Shown: positions 60,401 to 64,000 of the stretch, piece after piece
How positions within the stretch are numbered: the first letter of the stretch is position 1
Layout: the number at the start of each line of letters is the position of its first letter
Assembly (NCBI GenBank): GCA_038321985.1
Contig: JBBQFN010000019.1
Span: 1-64,000, forward strand
DNA: 64,000 nucleotides
Reading direction: 5' to 3'
DNA from: Cyanophyceae cyanobacterium
GTDB lineage: Bacteria; Cyanobacteriota; Cyanobacteriia; Cyanobacteriales; Laspinemataceae
Made by a program: the position numbers and the translations under genes
Notes under the pieces: generated by a model
The model's database searches: none
Told to the model about the DNA's origin: nothing
Seen by the model: the letters and a program-made list of their open reading frames with translations, nothing else

Positions 60401-60536
60401 AACGGGATTTAAAGCAATGGATTGCGGGCGGTGAAGGGATGAATGATTGGTAATGGGAGCCTATTGCTGAAAAATCTGTAAGGCTGGAAAGCCTGTCGAA
60501 AAATAAAATTCATCCTTATAGAAGAAGGAAAGGGGA

Positions 60537-60926
60537 ATGACAGATGAACCATTCGTGAGAAACTTTTTCGATTTACGTTCGGAAGCTCGGCAACCCGTTG
60601 TGATTGCAGATGATGAAGGCTTTGTCGTCTATATTAATCCTCCGTTTAGTGAAATTTATCACTGGGGTTCTGAACTGATTGGTCAAACTCTAGCCGATAT
60701 TATTCCCCTGAATTTTCATGATTCCCATAACCTGGGCTTTTCTCGCTTTAGCATGACAGAAATTTCTCATGTAGCGAACCATCCAATTAATGCGATGGTG
60801 ATTGATAAACATGGGGATTCTATTTTATCGGAGCATTACATTACAGCGGAAAAAATTGAGGGTAGATGGTATTTTGCAGCCCAACTTCGCCCTTTGAATT
60901 CGAGTCATTCTAATCCCGAAGAGTGA
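60537..60926 (+). CDS. Stand-alone PAS protein (FixL-like)
   Basis: VVIADDEGFVVYIN, ELIGQ, IIPLNFHDSHNLGFSRF; strong RBS upstream. Confidence 0.8.
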   Translation: MTDEPFVRNFFDLRSEARQPVVIADDEGFVVYINPPFSEIYHWGSELIGQTLADIIPLNFHDSHNLGFSRFSMTEISHVANHPINAMVIDKHGDSILSEHYITAEKIEGRWYFAAQLRPLNSSHSNPEE

Positions 60927-60928
60927 GC

Positions 60929-62773
60929 ATGAGTAATTTATTAGAAAACTTAGAACTGGGTAGTCGAGATTTAGCCATTGTGATTAAGGAGTTGCGGGCG
61001 ACTCTAGGCAAAATGGAATTGGCCCTGGGTTCGATTGATGAGGCGATCGTTTGGACGGGAGAAGATGGAGTAATTCAATGGTGCAATACCACGTTTGATC
61101 GCCTGGTGAATCGCAGTCATCTTTCGGTTCTCGGTTGCCCTCTATGCACCTTAGTTCCCCTGACTAAAGGGGGCACTGTACTCTTAGAAACAGAACATCC
61201 CGTTTATCAGGTTCTCTCGCAAAATTATTCAACCGGAGAATATGAATTTCAACAGGAGAGTCATTTATTAATTCTGGAAATTGCCGGTTCTTTTGTGGAA
61301 CTCAAAAATGGCGATCGCACAGCAGTTTTAACCATCCGAGATGTCACTCAACGCAAAGCAATGGAGGAAGCGTTAATTTCTGCCAATCGAGAAATGTCCA
61401 TCTATTTGCAAGAAGTTGACAAAGTAATACAGGCTGCGATCGCGGTTGAAAATAACAGGTTTCAACCAGACTCGTTACATGAAGTTGCTAATCGACAGGA
61501 TGAGTTAGGACGACTAGCCAATATATTTACTCAAATGGTTCTGCAATTAAAAGCCCGTGAACAAGAACTCGCAGAAGCGAAAGAACAACTAGAGGCGGTT
61601 TTAAATGCGGTTCCTGGCGCGATTTCTTGGATTGATTCCGGTGGGGTATTCGTGGGTGTTAATCGTCATTTAGCTGAAAATTTTAACCTCTCTCAAGAAG
61701 CCTTTGTTGGTCAAGAAGTGGGATTTCTAAAAGAAAATGCTAAGTTAGCTATCTTTTTGAGTGAATTCATTTCTAGTCCTGAAACCTCTGCTTCTGCCAT
61801 CATTGACTATCAGATTCATGAAGAAAAGCGACATTATCTCATTGCCGCCCAAAAATATCAACAAGGGACAGCTACCGTATCGGTGGGAATTGATGTAACT
61901 GATCGCCAACGGGCTGAGGCAGAACGAGAACGGTTTACCCGTGAGCTTTTCCAACTCAATCAAGCCTACGAACGGTTTGTTCCCAATCAATTTCTCCAAT
62001 TTTTAGATAAATCCAGCATTGTCGAGGTGGAATTAGGGGACCAGGTGCAGTTAGAAATGTCAGTCCTCTTCTCCGATATTCGAGAGTTTACGACCCTCAG
62101 TGAAATGATGGCCCCCTCGGATAATTTTAAATTTATTAATGCCTACCTTTCCCGGATGGAACCCGCTATTACTGAACATTCAGGCTTTATTGATAAATAT
62201 ATCGGTGATGCAATTATGGCCCTCTTTAGCGGGGAAGCGGATAATGCTGTGCAAGCCGGAATTTCTATGCTCCATCGCCTGGATGAGTATAATCAAGAAC
62301 GTAGTAAATCGGGATTTTTACCCATTAAAAATGGGATTGGAATTAATACGGGATTATTAATGTTGGGAACCGTAGGTGGACAAAATCGTATGGATAGTAC
62401 AGTGATTAGTAATGCGGTGAATGTCGCTTCCCGAGTGGAAGGATTAACTAAAAATTATGGGGTAGCCCTATTAATTACTGAAGCAACCTATTCCCGATTA
62501 AAGCAGCGGGATAGTTATGCGATTCGGCGCATCGATCGCGTCCAAGTTAAAGGCAAATCTGAAGCGGTGACAGTGTATGAAGTGTTTGATGCGGACTCCC
62601 CAGAAATGAGGGACAGAAAGCTGGCAACCCTAACCCAATTTACAGAAGCATTATCCCTCTACGATCGCCAGAAGTTTCGGGAGTCGGCACGGTTATTTGG
62701 GGAGTGTTTAGATCAAAACCCAGGCGATCGCGTGGCGCAGATTTATTGCGATCGTGCCCAAGCCAACATTTAA
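60929..62773 (+). CDS. PAS-HAMP-PAS class III adenylate cyclase with C-terminal TPR
   Basis: RQDELGRLA (HAMP), LFSDIREFT, DKYIGDAIM, STVISNAVNVASRVE. Confidence 0.92.
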   Translation: MSNLLENLELGSRDLAIVIKELRATLGKMELALGSIDEAIVWTGEDGVIQWCNTTFDRLVNRSHLSVLGCPLCTLVPLTKGGTVLLETEHPVYQVLSQNYSTGEYEFQQESHLLILEIAGSFVELKNGDRTAVLTIRDVTQRKAMEEALISANREMSIYLQEVDKVIQAAIAVENNRFQPDSLHEVANRQDELGRLANIFTQMVLQLKAREQELAEAKEQLEAVLNAVPGAISWIDSGGVFVGVNRHLAENFNLSQEAFVGQEVGFLKENAKLAIFLSEFISSPETSASAIIDYQIHEEKRHYLIAAQKYQQGTATVSVGIDVTDRQRAEAERERFTRELFQLNQAYERFVPNQFLQFLDKSSIVEVELGDQVQLEMSVLFSDIREFTTLSEMMAPSDNFKFINAYLSRMEPAITEHSGFIDKYIGDAIMALFSGEADNAVQAGISMLHRLDEYNQERSKSGFLPIKNGIGINTGLLMLGTVGGQNRMDSTVISNAVNVASRVEGLTKNYGVALLITEATYSRLKQRDSYAIRRIDRVQVKGKSEAVTVYEVFDADSPEMRDRKLATLTQFTEALSLYDRQKFRESARLFGECLDQNPGDRVAQIYCDRAQANI

Positions 62774-62824
62774 GACAAATCAGGCTGTATTGATTCTCTG
62801 AACCGGGCTGATATTGGCCCTTTC

Positions 62825-62853
62825 GTTACATTTCGTTACAAATTGGTTACAAT
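62825..62853. promoter_or_regulatory. HLR1-like direct repeat (candidate RpaB site)
   Basis: GTTACATT-tc-GTTACAAA-ttg-GTTACAAT. Confidence 0.55.
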
Positions 62854-62937
62854 CGAGAGAGCAGATACCTATTTCGGGTCCCGGCGAGAGTGGCACTGCC
62901 CCTTCTCAACAATCCTCTCGATTATTTAGACTGATTT

Positions 62938-64000
62938 ATGTTTTATCCTGACTACAATCCGCCGTTATTTTTAAAAAACGGGCTGGCAATGACCCTGCAT
63001 ACTGCCTTAGTGGCAAGTCGAGAGTGGGAACAGACGATCGCCGACCCCGAACCGCCTTATCAGGAAACCCACTTTTCCGGCGCAGGAGGGGTGCCGATTT
63101 ATGGATGGGTTGCCCAAAACCCTGCCTCGAAAGGAACCCTTGTGGCAACTTACGGCATTACAGGAGAACTTCCCGAACAATGGTTTCTCCGACTCCTGGG
63201 ACGTAAAGCCTTTGCCCGCGGCTATTCTGTGGTCCTCTTTGACTGGCGTGCTCATGGCAAAACTGCTGAATTATCTTCCACCTTGACTTCCGATGGATTG
63301 TATGAGGGGGAAGATTTTGTGAGAATTGCTGCCAAAGCGAAATCTATGGGATGTTCAGGACCTTTTTGGTTTACGGGTTATTCCTTAGGAGGACAACTGG
63401 CCCTGTGGGGGATAAAAGCAGCCCAGTCGATCACCGAGTGGGGCGGGGATTTAGAGTTAGACCCCTCGGAACTCGCAGGGGGGGCGGTGATTTGTCCAAA
63501 CCTGGATTCTAATCGGTCCCTGTCCTATTTAGTGAAACAGCCCTTTGGGAAGTATCTGGAAAAGGCGATCGCCAAGGGATTGAAGAAACTGGCATGGAAG
63601 CTACATCAGATGCATCCGAACGATATCGATCCCGAGGCGATCGCCCGCGCCAATAGCATTTGGGGATTTGATCATGAATTGGTGATTTCCCGCCTCGGGT
63701 TTGCTTCCGTAGAGGAGTATTACGCCGCCAGTAGTCCTCTGGTAATCCTGCCGGAGTTTACCAAACCCACCTTGATTTTATATGCGGCAGATGACCCCAT
63801 GTTCCACCCGGCGATCGTACCCGAGTTACAGGAAATTGGCGACAGCAATCCGGCGATCGAGTTAATGATGACTCGTTATGGGGGTCATGTGGGCTATGTC
63901 AGTAATTTAGCTACCCAGAAAAAAGCCGGAGATAGCGATCGGTGGTGGGGGTGGAATCGCGTCTTAGACTGGTGCGATCGCCAAGGGGAGGCACTCTCTC
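62938..64000 (+). CDS. YheT-family alpha/beta hydrolase (runs off window end; not in ORF track)
   Basis: Manual translation MFYPDYNPPLFLKNG...YGITG...FDWRAHG...GYSLGG...AADDP...GGHVG (Ser-Asp-His triad). Confidence 0.9.
   Translation, partial: MFYPDYNPPLFLKNGLAMTLHTALVASREWEQTIADPEPPYQETHFSGAGGVPIYGWVAQNPASKGTLVATYGITGELPEQWFLRLLGRKAFARGYSVVLFDWRAHGKTAELSSTLTSDGLYEGEDFVRIAAKAKSMGCSGPFWFTGYSLGGQLALWGIKAAQSITEWGGDLELDPSELAGGAVICPNLDSNRSLSYLVKQPFGKYLEKAIAKGLKKLAWKLHQMHPNDIDPEAIARANSIWGFDHELVISRLGFASVEEYYAASSPLVILPEFTKPTLILYAADDPMFHPAIVPELQEIGDSNPAIELMMTRYGGHVGYVSNLATQKKAGDSDRWWGWNRVLDWCDRQGEALS

Larger units (their letters stand above)
1..64000. repeat. HIP1 octamer GCGATCGC dispersed throughout
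   Basis: Seen repeatedly by eye (e.g. 560, 1534, 1660, 3411, 46182); not counted exhaustively. Confidence 0.95.

Noticed and set aside
305..63286. Numerous short antisense/alternate-frame ORFs in the track (e.g. 1380-1733, 5951-6403, 31264-31734, 43735-44157, 63007-63286)
   Set aside because: They overlap well-supported genes and lack recognisable motifs; they are shadow ORFs.
1..64000. CRISPR array, rRNA or tRNA genes
   Set aside because: I found no regularly spaced repeat-spacer run or recognisable structural RNA gene by eye; a CHAT protease alone does not imply type III-E CRISPR.

Overview
Chromosomal window of a filamentous (Oscillatoriales-like) cyanobacterium, judged from frequent HIP1 (GCGATCGC) sites and psb29, ndhS, cpcT-like and ycf34 genes. 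It opens with the 3' end of an IS200/IS605/IS607-type tnpB. A signalling block follows (0.3-16.5 kb). It encodes a membrane protein with 23-aa helical repeats, a longin/roadblock-like domain, one TM helix, BON and OmpA domains, directly followed by a stand-alone Rab-like small GTPase. It also holds two hybrid His kinases and one output-less sensor, all three starting with the same ~140-aa PAS-like domain, and a REC-(degenerate GGDEF)-EAL protein. This is my best candidate for an undescribed system. Next is a co-oriented CHAT protease / DUF928 / CHASE2-cyclase / CHASE4-cyclase cluster and a large Ser/Thr kinase-STAND-GAF-PP2C protein. An ~12 kb accessory block between ycf34 and tsaB carries kinases, WD40 proteins, a RelBE pair, a C-protein-like relic and a methyltransferase + putative endonuclease pair. 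The rest is housekeeping genes (psb29, cpcT-like, hemF, mrp, rodA, ndhS), a FixL-like PAS protein beside a third cyclase, and a YheT-type hydrolase with an upstream HLR1-like motif. I saw no rRNA, tRNA or CRISPR array. All calls come from motif recognition by eye; no searches were run.
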